DNA of 64,000 nt, from the NCBI GenBank assembly GCA_002269645.1, contig NIVC01003957.1:1-64000 (forward strand), written 5' to 3'. The translations under genes were made by a program, and so were the position numbers. Of this stretch, positions 1-11,800 are shown piece by piece. The notes beneath the pieces were generated by a model. It searched no databases, had not been told where the DNA came from, and saw nothing but the letters and a program-made list of their open reading frames with translations. Position 1 is the first letter of the stretch. Each line of letters starts with the position of its first letter. Source of the stretch: Macrostomum lignano. Lineage: Eukaryota.

Positions 1-514
1 CCTGTTCACCCTAACCTGTTCACCCAAGCTGTTCACACCAAGCTGTTCACCCTAACCTGTTCACCCCAACCTGTTCACACCAATCTGTCACCTCAACCTG
101 TTCACCTCAACCTGTTCACACCAACCTGTTCACCCCGACCTGTTCACCCCAACCTGTTCACCCCAACCTGTTCATCCCAATCTGTTAACCCCAACCTGTT
201 CACCTCAACCTGTTCACCTCAACCTGTTCACCCCAACCTGTTCACCCCGACCTGTTCACCCCGACCTGTTCACCCCGACCTGTTCACACCAATCTGTTAA
301 CCCCAACCTGTTCACCTCAACCTGTTCACCCCGACCTGTTCACCCCGACCTGTTCACCCCGACCTGTTCACACCAATCTGTTCACCTCAATCTGTTCACC
401 TCAACCTGTTCACCCCAAGCTGTTCACACCAACCTGTTCACCCCGACCTGTTCACCTCAACCTGTTCACCCCAACCTGTTGACACCAACCTGTTCACCCC
501 GACCTGTTCAACCC
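1..514. repeat. Intronic minisatellite, ~14-bp unit (acctgttcacccca), COASY intron
   Basis: Continuous tandem copies from base 1; the last degenerate unit (cctgttcaacccAG) ends in the splice acceptor at 515-516. Confidence 0.95.
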
Positions 515-516
515 AG

Positions 517-1857
517 AGACGAAGCTCAGCTCCTCAACCGGTCGGTACGCCTGCTGGGCGCGCCGCTCCGTCCGCCGCTCCGCCCGCCGGTGCCCGGACG
601 GCCTTATGTGCTCGGCCTCACGGGCGGCTCCGGCTCGGGCAAGAGCAGCGTCGGCCGCCGCCTCGCCGGCCTCGGCGCCCGCGTCGTCGACTGCGACCGG
701 CTCGGCCACGCCGCCTACGCGCCCGGCACCGCCTGCCATCGCCGCCTGCTGGCCGAGTTCGGGCCAGAGATCGCGCCGGACGGACCGGACGGCGCCATCG
801 ACCGGAAGGCGCTTGGCCGGCGCGTCTTCGCTGACCAGTCGGCCAGACAGCGACTGAACGACATCGTCTGGCCGGAGATCCGGCGCTTGGCTTTAGAGGT
901 CCGTCATGCAGAATCCGCCGCTGCCACCTGGAGAATCTCCTCAGCCACCTGTAGAATCTCCCTCAGCCACCTGTAGAATCTCCCTCAGCCACCTATAGAA
1001 TCTCCCTCAGCCACCTATAGAATCTCCCTCAGCCACCTCTAGAATCTCCCTCAGCCACCTATAGAATCTCCCTCAGCCACCTGTAGAATCTCCCTCAGCC
1101 ACCTATAGAATCTCCCTCAGCCACCTCTAGAATCTCCCTCAGCCACCTAGAGAATCTCCCTCAGCCACCTGTAGAATCTCCCTCAGCCACCTGTAGAATC
1201 GCTCTCAAATCTCATACTCATAGGAGAATCGCCCTCAAATCTCGTAGGAGAATCGCCCTCAATTCCCATAGGATAATTGCCCTCAAATCTCATAGGAGAA
1301 TCGCCCTCAAATCTCATAGGAGAATCGCCCTCAAATATCATAGAAGAATCGCCCTCAAATCTCATAGGAGAATCGCCCTCAAATCTCATAGGAGAATCGC
1401 CCTCAAATCTCATAGGAGAATCGCCCTCAAATCTCATGGAGAATCGCCCTCAAATCTAAAGATAATCGCCCTCAGCCACCTAAAGAACCGGAACAAAATC
1501 GCCTACCCCCAGGCTGTGCACTCCGGCCCCCAGTCGGCCAGTCCAGACGTCGTGGTCCTTGACGCTGCCGTGCTCCTAGAAGCTGAGTGGCAGTGCCTCT
1601 GCCACGAAGTGTGGCTCTGCCTCATCCCGAAGCGGGAGGCGGTCAAGCGGCTGACGGAGCGGGACGGCCTGACGGAGGAGGCGGCGCAGGCTCGACTGGC
1701 CGCTCAGCTGACCGATGCGGACCGGCTCAGCTGGGCTAGCGTCGCTTTGTGCACCCTGTGGGAGCCGGAGGCCACCCAGGCTCAAGTTGAGCTGGCCTGG
1801 AAACGGTTGCTAAGGGAACGATTGGGCGCTACTCCGGGTCCGCAGTCGAATTTGTAG
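517..1857 (+). CDS. COASY: Bifunctional coenzyme A synthase, C-terminal dephospho-CoA kinase domain (last two exons; 5' part lies outside the window)
   Basis: Exons 517-898 and 1513-1857 with GT(899)/AG(1511-12). P-loop YVLGLTGGSGSGKS, VDCDRLGH, IDRKALGRRVF, LNDIVWPEI, then VVVLDAAVLLEAEW..HEVW and LCTLWEPEATQAQVELAW, which matches the metazoan COASY C-terminus. Confidence 0.9.
935..1480. repeat. Intronic minisatellite changing from a 22-bp unit (agaatctccctcagccacctat) to a 24-bp unit (agaatcgccctcaaatctcatagg)
   Basis: Tandem copies visible; lies inside COASY intron 899-1512. Confidence 0.95.
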
Positions 1858-1892
1858 ATCAGTTTTGTTTTTTGTGTTCATTGATTCCGCTG

Positions 1893-2785
1893 TAGAATCG
1901 CCCTCAGCTACCTATTGGAGAATCGCCCTCAGCTACCTATTGGAGAATCGCCCTCAGCTACCTATTGGAGAATCGCCCTCAGATACCTATTGGAGAATCG
2001 CCCTCAGCTACCTATTGGAGAATCGCCCTCAGCTACCTATTGGAGAATCGCCCTCAGCTACCTATTGGAGAATCGCCCTCAGCTACCTATTGGAGAATCG
2101 CCCTCAGATACCTATTGGAGAATCGGCCTCAGCCACCTATTGGAGAATCGCCCTCAGCTACCTATTGGAGAATCGCCCTCAGATACCTATTGGAGAATCG
2201 GCCTCAGATACCTATTGGAGAATCGCCCTCAGATACCTATTGGAGAATCGCCCTCAGCTACCTATTGGAGAATCGCCCTCAGATACCTATTGGAGAATCG
2301 CCCTCAGCTACCTATTGGAGAATCGCCCTCAGATACCTATTGGAGAATCGCCCTCAGATACCTATTGGAGAATCGCCCTCAGCTACCTATTGGAGAATCG
2401 CCCTCAGATACCTATTGGAGAATCGCCCTCAGCTACCTATTGGAGAATCGCCCTCAGCTACCTATTGGAGAATCGCCCTCAGCTACCTATTGGAGAATCG
2501 CCCTCAGCTACCTATTGGAGAATCGCCCTCAGCTACCTATTGGAGAATCGCCCTCAGCTACCTATTGGAGAATCGCCCTCAGCCACCTATTGGAGAATCG
2601 CCCTCAGCCCCTATTGGAGAATCGCCCTCAGCCCCTATTGGAGAATCGGCCTCAGCCCCTATTGGAGAATCGCCCTCAGCTACCTATTGGAGAATCGCCC
2701 TCAGCTACCTATTGGAGAATCGCCCTCAGCTACCTATTGGAGAATCGCCCTCAGCCCCTATTGGAGAATCGGCCTCAACCCCCTA
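1893..2785. repeat. Minisatellite, 25-bp unit (agaatcgccctcagctacctattgg), downstream of the COASY stop
   Basis: About 35 tandem copies; the long repetitive ORFs here result from the repeat. Confidence 0.95.
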
Positions 2786-3307
2786 TTCAAAATTGAAGTG
2801 ACATTGCTATTCAATAATTATTTACCTGATTTTTGGCTGCAATGTTGTACTGTTGAAAATGTCCAAATCTTTTATATACCTTACTGTCATAATGATGATG
2901 AAATTCGTACAGAAATACAACAGGTCATTTGTTTCGTCTGCAGTTGCTTGATTTCTACTGATTAATTTGTTCACAAAGCTATTAAGAGCAATCTGCTCTG
3001 TGTTGAATATTTAATTTATTTTCTCTGATTATGTGTTTACCTTGATTTCGAAGGGAAAAGTAAAAATTCCGGTATACTACTTAGTTATCCGTGGTTTAGT
3101 AGCCTGCCAAGAATGCAAGTGTTGCTTTGTCCTCAATGATCGTGAGATCTCTTTAACAGAGTCAACTTTTTGGCGGGCGAAACAAACTCACGAGGGCTCA
3201 AAAGCCAACAATTCGCGCAAATACAAAATACAAACTCATATTGAAGCGAGCAAAAGCAACACAACACAACAAGGGTACTAATATCGAGTTCATCAACAAC
3301 AGTTACT

Positions 3308-5065
3308 TCAGCTGTAAGTCAGTCGCTCAGGTGCAGCGCACTTCCTCATCGAACGGCGAAGATGCAGCATGGCGTCTGGCTACGCCTCAGCAGCAGCACC
3401 GTCAGCAAAAACTTCAAGTGCGTCCTTCGGCACCCATCGCACTGCGGCACCGCTGCCGCTGGTGTGGCTTGGTCGGAAGCTGACTGACCGCGGCCGGCTT
3501 GAGCACCTGGTCCACGTGCCTGTGTGCGTCTCTGCCGTCATCGAACCGGCACGTGAAGTCGGCCGCACCAGAAATGTCTCCAGCGTCCGTCACTCGCGAA
3601 GTCTCGCGCCAGCACCGAGTCGCCGACATTAATGCGACAGTCGTGCGCGTGGGCGTCGTGCTGCTCCTGCAGTGCCTGCTGTACGGCCACCCGGCGGGCA
3701 GGTCAGGGCGGACTCGGTCGAGCAACGATTTCAGCCTTCGCCCCATCAGCAACTCGCAGGAAGCCCTCCGGTAGTCGCATGCGGCGTGACTCGGTACGTC
3801 AGGAGGAACCGGGAGACTCGCTTCTCCAAAGAGCCGCTTCGCTGCTTGGCCAGCTCACGCTTCAGAGTCTGAACTGCTCGCTCTGCCTGGCTGTTGGACG
3901 CCGGGTGGTACGGAGCCGTGCGCACGTGCCGGATGCCGTTCTTGCTCAGGAATGTCTCCATCTCCGCGCTGACCAGGTTCGGACCAAGCTGGACCGCAGC
4001 TTCTCGATAGTCGCAGTCGACAACGTCGAAGGCATCACATACACGTCCATCCATTTGGAGTGGGCGTCAACGACAACGAGCAACATCCGGCCTTGGACCC
4101 GCCCGGCGTAGTCAATGTGCAGGCGCGACCAGGGCTTGTCCGGCCACGCCCACGGCTGCAGTGGAAACGGACCCGCCGACTTCTGCATCTCCTGGCACTC
4201 GGTGCACGCGGTGACCAGCCGCTCGATCGCCTCGTCCAGCTTGGGATACCAGAAAACGCTTCTAGCCAGCGCCTTCATTCTCGTGGCGCCCTGGTGCCCC
4301 TGGTGCAGGCAGTGCAGCAGCGCCTCCCGACCGGCCTCGGGAACTACGACTCGGCAGCCCCAGAGCAGACAGCCGTCTTGGGTGCTCAGCTGGTCGGCTC
4401 GCGTGCAGTACGGCTGCAGCTCAGGTGGCGGCCGCTCCGGCCAGCAGCCGGTCTCGGTGAAGCGCAGAACTCGGGACAAGTCCGGGTCTGTCCGAGTCCA
4501 GGCCCGGATGGGCCGAGCTGTCACCGGTCCCTCGTCCAGGAAGTCCATGAGTAGGATGACTTCAGCTGGAGTTAGCGCTTCCTTCGGCTTCTCCGGCAGC
4601 GGCAGCCGACTCAGCGCATCGGCTCGGAGCAGCGACTTGCCCGCTCGGTGGACCATGGAGTACTGGTAGCCGGCCAGGAGCAGCGCCCACCGCTGGATTC
4701 TGCCAGAAGCCAGTGCTGGTATCGGCTTGGACTGGTGCAGCAGCCCGAGCAGCGGCTTGTGGTCGCTCACCAGCGTCAGCGTGAAGTCTCGGCCGTACAG
4801 GTACATGTGGAATTTCTTATCTCCGTAGATGATCGCGAGCGCCTCCTTCTCGAGCTGTGAGTATCGGGTCTGTCGACTCCGTTGATCCGTCGGCTGATGA
4901 CGGCGCCGATGCCGTAAAGCGAGGCGTCGCACTCGAGCACCAGCGGCTTCTGACGGTCGAAATGCCCGAGCACCGGTGCCGGCTGAGTAGCGACTTGCAC
5001 CTGCGAAAAGCTTCGTCCTGCACAGCGTCCCATCGCCAGGGGGCGCCCTTGTTCAGCAGCAGCAG
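3308..5065 (-). mobile_element. Degenerate, 5'-truncated Ty3/Gypsy (Mag/K02A2.6-like) pol fragment: RT connection/RNase H, integrase zinc finger and core, C-terminal tail
   Basis: Pieces in shifting frames: PLVLECDASLYGIGAV, YSQLEKEALAIIYG, LVSDHKPLLGLL, RIQRWALLL, HQGHQG..CTEC, WSRLHIDYAG, HPASNSQAERAV, LLMGRRLKSLLDRVRP, and the terminal LRRSMRKCAAPERLTYS* (stop 3308-3310). Several frameshifts; no clear LTR pair. Confidence 0.9.
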
Positions 5066-5864
5066 CCCTTCGCCACGCTCCCTCTCTTATCTCCCTTCTC
5101 CCCACTCTCGCTTTTCATCTCCCTTCTCCCTGGCAGTCTGCGTTCTCTAAAAATTGCGATGGAGACGCGCTCAGCATGACAGCATCGCAGAACCATTAGC
5201 ACTGCGGCTTTGCAACCTTAGAGAACATTTCCACTCTAATCCCCTATTCGCCCTCTGTTGTCCATTTTCTGCTTTGCATTGAGTGAAAGAGCTGGATTTC
5301 GGATGCAGGGGCAGGGAGTTTGCAGTGCTTGAATGCCGTAGTCTAGCTGGGAGAATCAGCTGGGTTAGATAGGCGAAAGCCGACGGTGCACTCTGCACTT
5401 TGCCTGTGTATTGCACTGCAGTTCGAGCCCCAGCTGGACTGGCTGTGGCTGCCTGGGGGAGGGGAAAGGAGGTGCTGCCGTTGCCGCAAGACTGTACCGG
5501 CTTTGCAGTTGCGCACACCGGGAATGCCTGGGGCTGGATGCCTATGCAGATCTGCAAGGAGGGCCGGCAGGGGATAGCAGGGGAGAGCTAGGGAACCGCT
5601 AGCCATCCCCTCAGCCCCATGGCTCCCAGCCTTCGTGTCACGGTGGATCTTTGCTGCAAAACGAAGGAGAAAGTTTTCAGTGTCCCCAGCAACCGCCCCA
5701 ACCCTTCGGTCCATATTGCCTTGGTCCGACCAAGCAGCCCCCGGCCTCGTAGTTCAAAGTAGCCGATAGACTTTGTGAAGCAATTCTCTTATACTCTTAA
5801 GGAGGAATTCGATTCCCGATTTCCCGACGACAGCAGCAGAGCACTGCTTGATCTGCCAGGAAAC

Positions 5865-8800
5865 ATGCAGCAATTCGGGCAGCTGTTGCTGCTGCTGCTA
5901 GTGGTAGTTGGCTGCTGCTGCGGTACAGGTAAGAAGCTGCACTAGTACTTCATGACATTACATAATTTCACTCAATACACAGCAACTCATTCACTTTCAT
6001 CAGGAAGTTTACTACGAGTCCTTACCCAACTCCAGAAACCTCTGCCTTACTCCGGATTGTCATGCCACACTCTCCACCCCACTCTTACCCCATTCCTTAT
6101 CTTCTCTAGCCCTGTCTGAAGCCTCTCCTCACTTCACACCTCGCCTCTCCACCCCACTCTTACACTATTCCTTATCTTCTCTAGCCCTGCCTGAAGCCTC
6201 TCCTTACTTCACACCTCGCCTCTCCAACCCACTCTTACACTATTCCTTATCTTCTCTAGCCCTGCCTGAAGCCTCTCCTCACTTCACACCTCGCCTCTCC
6301 ACCCCACTCTTACCCCATTCCTTATCTTCTCTAGCCCTGTCTGAAGCCTCTCCTTACTTCACACCTCGCCTCTCCAACCCACTCTTACACTATTCCTTAT
6401 CTTCTCTAGCCCTGCCTGAAGCATCTCCTCACTTCACACCTCGCCTCTCCACCCCACTCTTACACTATTCCTTATCTTCTCTAGCCCTGCCTGAAGCATC
6501 TCCTCACTTTACACCTCGCCTCTCCACCCCACTCTTACACTATTCCTTATCTTCTCTAGCCCTGCCTGAAGCCCAATTCACACTTCGTCCTCAATCTATC
6601 CATAATTATTTATCTCCACCTTCATTACGAAGCGCACGGTATCTATGGGAAACTAAGATTTCAATATCGACTTCCGCAGCCAGTGCCAAGTGCTCCTACA
6701 ACGGCATCCAGTACGATGAGGGCGACGCCATTGACACGGGCAAACCGTGCCAGGACTGCTTCTGCAGGGGAGGCGCGGTAGCCTGCAGCAATCGCAGGTG
6801 CAGCCCAGTAAGAGACTGCAACAGACTGGAGACCCTGCCGGGCGAATGCTGCCCAGTCTGCGTGGGTGAGTGCGGCTGCTTTTGTTGCAACGAAAACATT
6901 TCCTGAGTAGAAGAGAAAAAGAGTTTCAGTAGCCCAAGCTGGGATTCTGCTTTTATCTTCCTTCATTTAATGCAGTGCAATACATTTATTGGGTGAGATT
7001 CAGCATCAATGGGTGAGATTCAACATCTGCGGGTGAGATTCAGCATCAATGGGTGAGATTCGGCATCTGCGGGTGAGATTCGGCATCAATGGGTGAGATT
7101 CAGCATCAATGGGTGAGATTCGGCATCAATGGGTGAGATTCAGCATCAATGGGAGGGATTCTGCATCAATGGGTGAGATTCAGCATCAATGGGGGAGATT
7201 CAACATCTGCGGGTAAGATTCGGCATCAATGGGTGAGATTCGGCATCAATGGGTGAGATTCGGCATCTGCGGGTGAGATTCGGCATCAATGGGTGAGATT
7301 CAGCATCAATGGGTGAGATTCGGCATCAATGGGTGAGATTCAGCATCAATGGGAGGGATTCTGCATCAATGGGTGAGATTCAGCATCAATGGGGGAGATT
7401 CAACATCTGCGGGTAAGATTCGGCATCAATGGGTGAGATTCGGCATCAATGGGTGAAATTCGGCATCAATGGGTGAGATTCAGAATCAATGGGTGAGATT
7501 CAGCATCAATGGGAGGGATTCTGCATCAATGGGTGAGATTCGGCATCAATGGGTGAGATTCGGCATCAATGGGTGAGATTCAGAATCAATGGGTGAGATT
7601 CAGCATCAATGGGAGGGATTCTGCATCAATGGGTGAGATTCGGCATCAATGGGTGAGATTCGGCATCAATAGGAGGGATTCTGCATCAATGGGTGAGATT
7701 CGGCATCAATGGGTGAGATTCGGCATCAATGGGTGAGATTCGGCATCAATGGGAGGGATTCTGCATCAATGGGTGAGATTCAGCATCAATGGGTGAGATT
7801 GGCATCAATGGGTGAGATTCGGCATCAATGGGTGAGATTCAGCATCAATGGGTGAGATTCGGCATCAATGGGTGAGATTCAGAATCAATGGGTGAGATTC
7901 AGAATCAATGGATGAGATTCAGTCTCAATTGCTAGTGCGCCACATTCGTAAACGTGAATCTCTAAATTTCAGACCGACCGTCACCACCAGTGGAGTTCAC
8001 CACACCTAAGCGAATTGTGAGCAATTTCTGTTGCACGAGCTGCAGTCCGACTTACAGACTTTCTCTTTTTTATGCCTAGCATGCAAATTCTGATCCCTAC
8101 TTTGCATTCCTTTGCACTTTTAGACTACAACACCAACGACAACTACTACTACTACGACTACCACAACACCAACTACTACTACTACGACTACCACCACACC
8201 AACAACTACTACTACGACTACCACACCTACTACAACCACTACTACACCGACGACTACAACAACAACTACTCCGAGAACTAGGCCAACAAGAGCTCCTCAG
8301 GTAGGGTGCCGACGTTTCAGATAATTTTTTCTCAGCCAATCAACGTTCTTGATTATCACTATTCTGAAATTCTCAATATTAATAAATTACCAATGTACAT
8401 TCATCGTCAACTAATGTACATTCACCCTCAACGACTGTACATTCATGCTCAACCAATGTACATTAATCCTCAACCAATATACAATTATCCTCAACCAATG
8501 TACATTAATCCTCAACCAGTGTACAATAATCCTCAACCAATGTACATTCACCCTCAACAAATGTACATTCACCCTCAACCAATGTACATTCATCCTCAAC
8601 CAATGTACAATTATCCTCAACCAATGTACATTCATCCTCAACCAATGTACATTCATCCTCAACCAATGTACATTCATCCTCAACCAATGTACATTCATCC
8701 TCAACCAATGTACATTCATCCTCAACCAATGTACATTCATCCTCAACCAATGTACATTCATGCTCAACCAATGTACATTCATCCTCAACCAATGTACATT

Positions 8801-11800
8801 CATCCTCAACCAATGTACATTCACCCTCACCAATGTACATTCATCCTCAACCAATGTACATTCATCCTCAACCAATGCACATTCATTCTCAACCAATGTA
8901 CATTCACCCTCAACCAATTTCGCAGCCCAGCGGAGCCAAAGGCCCCCTAATGCGGTCCCGCTCTATGGCCTCCTTGCGGGCCCTGAGCGCCCCGCCCGGC
9001 CAGGCCGGACCCAAGGGCGCGACCGGACCGGAAGGCCCGGCTGGAGTCGCCGGCGAGCCGGGCATCCCCGGCTACCCCGGCCTGCACGGCATCGACGGGG
9101 TGATCGGGCCGCAGGGCGACCGGGGACCGCGAGGCCCCCCCGGGGACCGGGGACCGGCCGGGTCGCCAGGACCAGTCGGCTACCCGGGCCAGCCGGGCAT
9201 CGTCGGCGCCAACGGCTTGCCTGGTGGCGCCGGTGACAAAGGCGCCAACGGGACACAGGGCGGCGCGGGGGCCGATGGTGACAAAGGCGACCCGGGCACG
9301 CCGGGCACGAACGGCCGGCCGGGATCGTCCGGACAGCCCGGCGACCAGGGACCGGACGGAGTGACCGGACCGCCCGGCGATGATGGACGGCGCGGATCGC
9401 AGGGCCCGCCTGGCGCCGCCGGCGCCCCTGGACCGGCGGGACCGCCAGGCCCTGTCGGCCAGGCGGGTGGCTTGGGAATGAAGGGTGCCAACGGCGCCAA
9501 AGGACAGCGCGGCGGGCCCGGCGTCAAAGGCGGCCCCGGGCCGAAGGGCCCAGTTGGCAAGGCCGGGAAGAAGGGCGACGCCGGACCAGCCGGTATCGAC
9601 GGGCTCCCCGGCGCCCCCGGCGACAAAGGAGAGGCGGGCGACGTCGGCGCGGCCGGCGCCACCGGGCAGCAGGGCGGCGCCGGCGCCAAGGGATCGAAGG
9701 GTTCGCCTGGAGAGCGCGGCGCGCCAGGTAGAGATTTCTGATTCGGAATTCGCCGGTTCCTCAGTGCTCGACTCCCGAAGGTTGCCTCGCTTGGCCGCTG
9801 TCTTCTTTTTCTTTCCTGTTGCTTTTCTCCCCGCTTCATCTTCTATCATGAATCTATTGTCTTCTATCCTACTTCATGATAGAATAGGGAATGAAACGGG
9901 TATAGAATGGGATAGAATGGGGATAGATTGGGGATAGAATGGGATGGAATGGGGATAGAATGGGGAAGATAATGGGAGGAGAATGGAAATAGAATGGGTG
10001 GAGAATAGGGAGAGAAGGGGGGAGAAAATGGGGGATTGAATGGGGGATAGAATGGGGATAGAATGGGGATAGAATGGGATGGAATGGGGATAGAATGTGG
10101 GATAGATTGGGGATAGAATGGGATGCAATGGGGATAGAATGGGGATAGAATGGGGATAGAATTGGGATAGAATGGGGATAGAATGGGATGGAATGGGAAT
10201 AGAATGGGGAAGATAATGGGGGGAGAATGGAAATAGAATGGGTGGAGAATAGGGAGAGAAGGGGGAGAAAATGGGGATAGAATAGGGATAGAATGGGATA
10301 GAATGAGATAGAATGGGATACTATGGGGATAGAATGGGGATAAAATAGGGAGATAATGGGGATAGAATGGGGATAGAATGGGGATAGAATGGGGATAGAA
10401 TGGGAATAGAATGGGGATAGAATGGGGATAGAATGGGGATAGAATGGGGATAGAATGGGGATAGAATGGGGATAGAATGGGGATAGAATGGGGATAGAAT
10501 GGGGATAGAATGGGGATAGAATGGGGATAGAATGGGGATAGAATGGGGATAGAATGGGGATAGAATGGGGATAGAATGGGATGGAATGGGGATAGAATGT
10601 GGGATAGATTGGGGATAGAATGGGATGCAATGGGGATAGAATGGGGATAGAATGGGGATAGAATTGGGATAGAATGGGGATAGAATGGGATGGAATGGGA
10701 ATAGAATGGGGAAGATAATGGGGGGAGAATGGAAATAGAATGGGTGGAGAATAGGGAGAGAAGGGGGAGAAAATGGGGATAGAATAGGGATAGAATGGGA
10801 TAGAATGAGATAGAATGGGATACTATGGGGATAGAATGGGGATAAAATAGGGAGATAATGGGGATAGAATGGGGATAGAATGGGGATAGAATGGGGATAG
10901 AATGGGAATAGAATGGGATAGAATGGGGATAGAATGGGGATAGAATGGGGATAGAATGGGGATAGAATGGGGATAGAATGGGGATAGAATGGGGATAGAA
11001 TGGGGATAGAATGGGGATAGAATGGGAATAGAATGGGGATAGAATGGGGATAGAATGGGGATAGAATGGGGATAGAATGGGGATAGAATGGGGATAGAAT
11101 GGGGATAGAATGGGGATAGAATGGGGATAGAATGGGGATAGAATGGGGATAGAATGGGGATAGAATGGGGATAGAATTGGGATAGAATGGGGATAGAATG
11201 GGGATAGAATAAGATAGAATAAGATAGAATGGGGATAGAATGGGGATAGAATGGGGATAGAATGGGGATAGAATGGGGATAGAATGGGGATAGAATGGGG
11301 ATAGAATGGGGATAGAATGGGGATAGAATAAGATAGAATAAGATAGAATGGGGATAGAATGGGGATAGAATGGGGATAGAATGTAGTTTGAATCTATCTT
11401 CAATCTATCCTCATTCTGATTTAGAAATCCTCATTTTATCTGTATTCAATAACTGTTCCATCCCCCCCACCTCAGGCACGGCAGGGCAGCTGGGCAAGCC
11501 CGGCCTGGCCGCTCAGCCCGGCGCTCCTGGCCTGGACGGCGCCGCCGGAGGCGCGGGCGAAAACGGCGACCCCGGCGACCCCGGCGAGTCCGGCCGGCCG
11601 GGCAAGCCAGGCCTGACCGGCGCCCGAGGCGCGCCCGGACCCGAAGGCCCGACCGGACTGGACGGGGACAGCGGAAGCAGGGGAACAAAAGGCGAACAGG
11701 GAAAGCCGGGGCAGAAGGGCGAACGAGGCGAGGCGGGACTCGATGGTTCGGACGGAGATCCCGGACTGATGGGAGCCGCCGGACAGGCCGGGCTGAAGGT

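Noticed and set aside
1865-2965. Repetitive ORFs (TYWRIALSYLLENRPQLPIGESP)n
   Set aside because: They are a by-product of the 25-bp array cycling through all three frames downstream of the COASY stop.
3030-3300. Possible 3' LTR of the degenerate Gypsy fragment (TGTTG on the minus strand at ~3271)
   Set aside because: There is no polypurine tract in front of it and no second copy or TSD in the window.
8306-8925. MYIHPQP-repeat ORF apparently fused to the collagen frame
   Set aside because: It lies inside the GT(8301)-AG(8925) intron; the 21-bp unit is simply stop-free.
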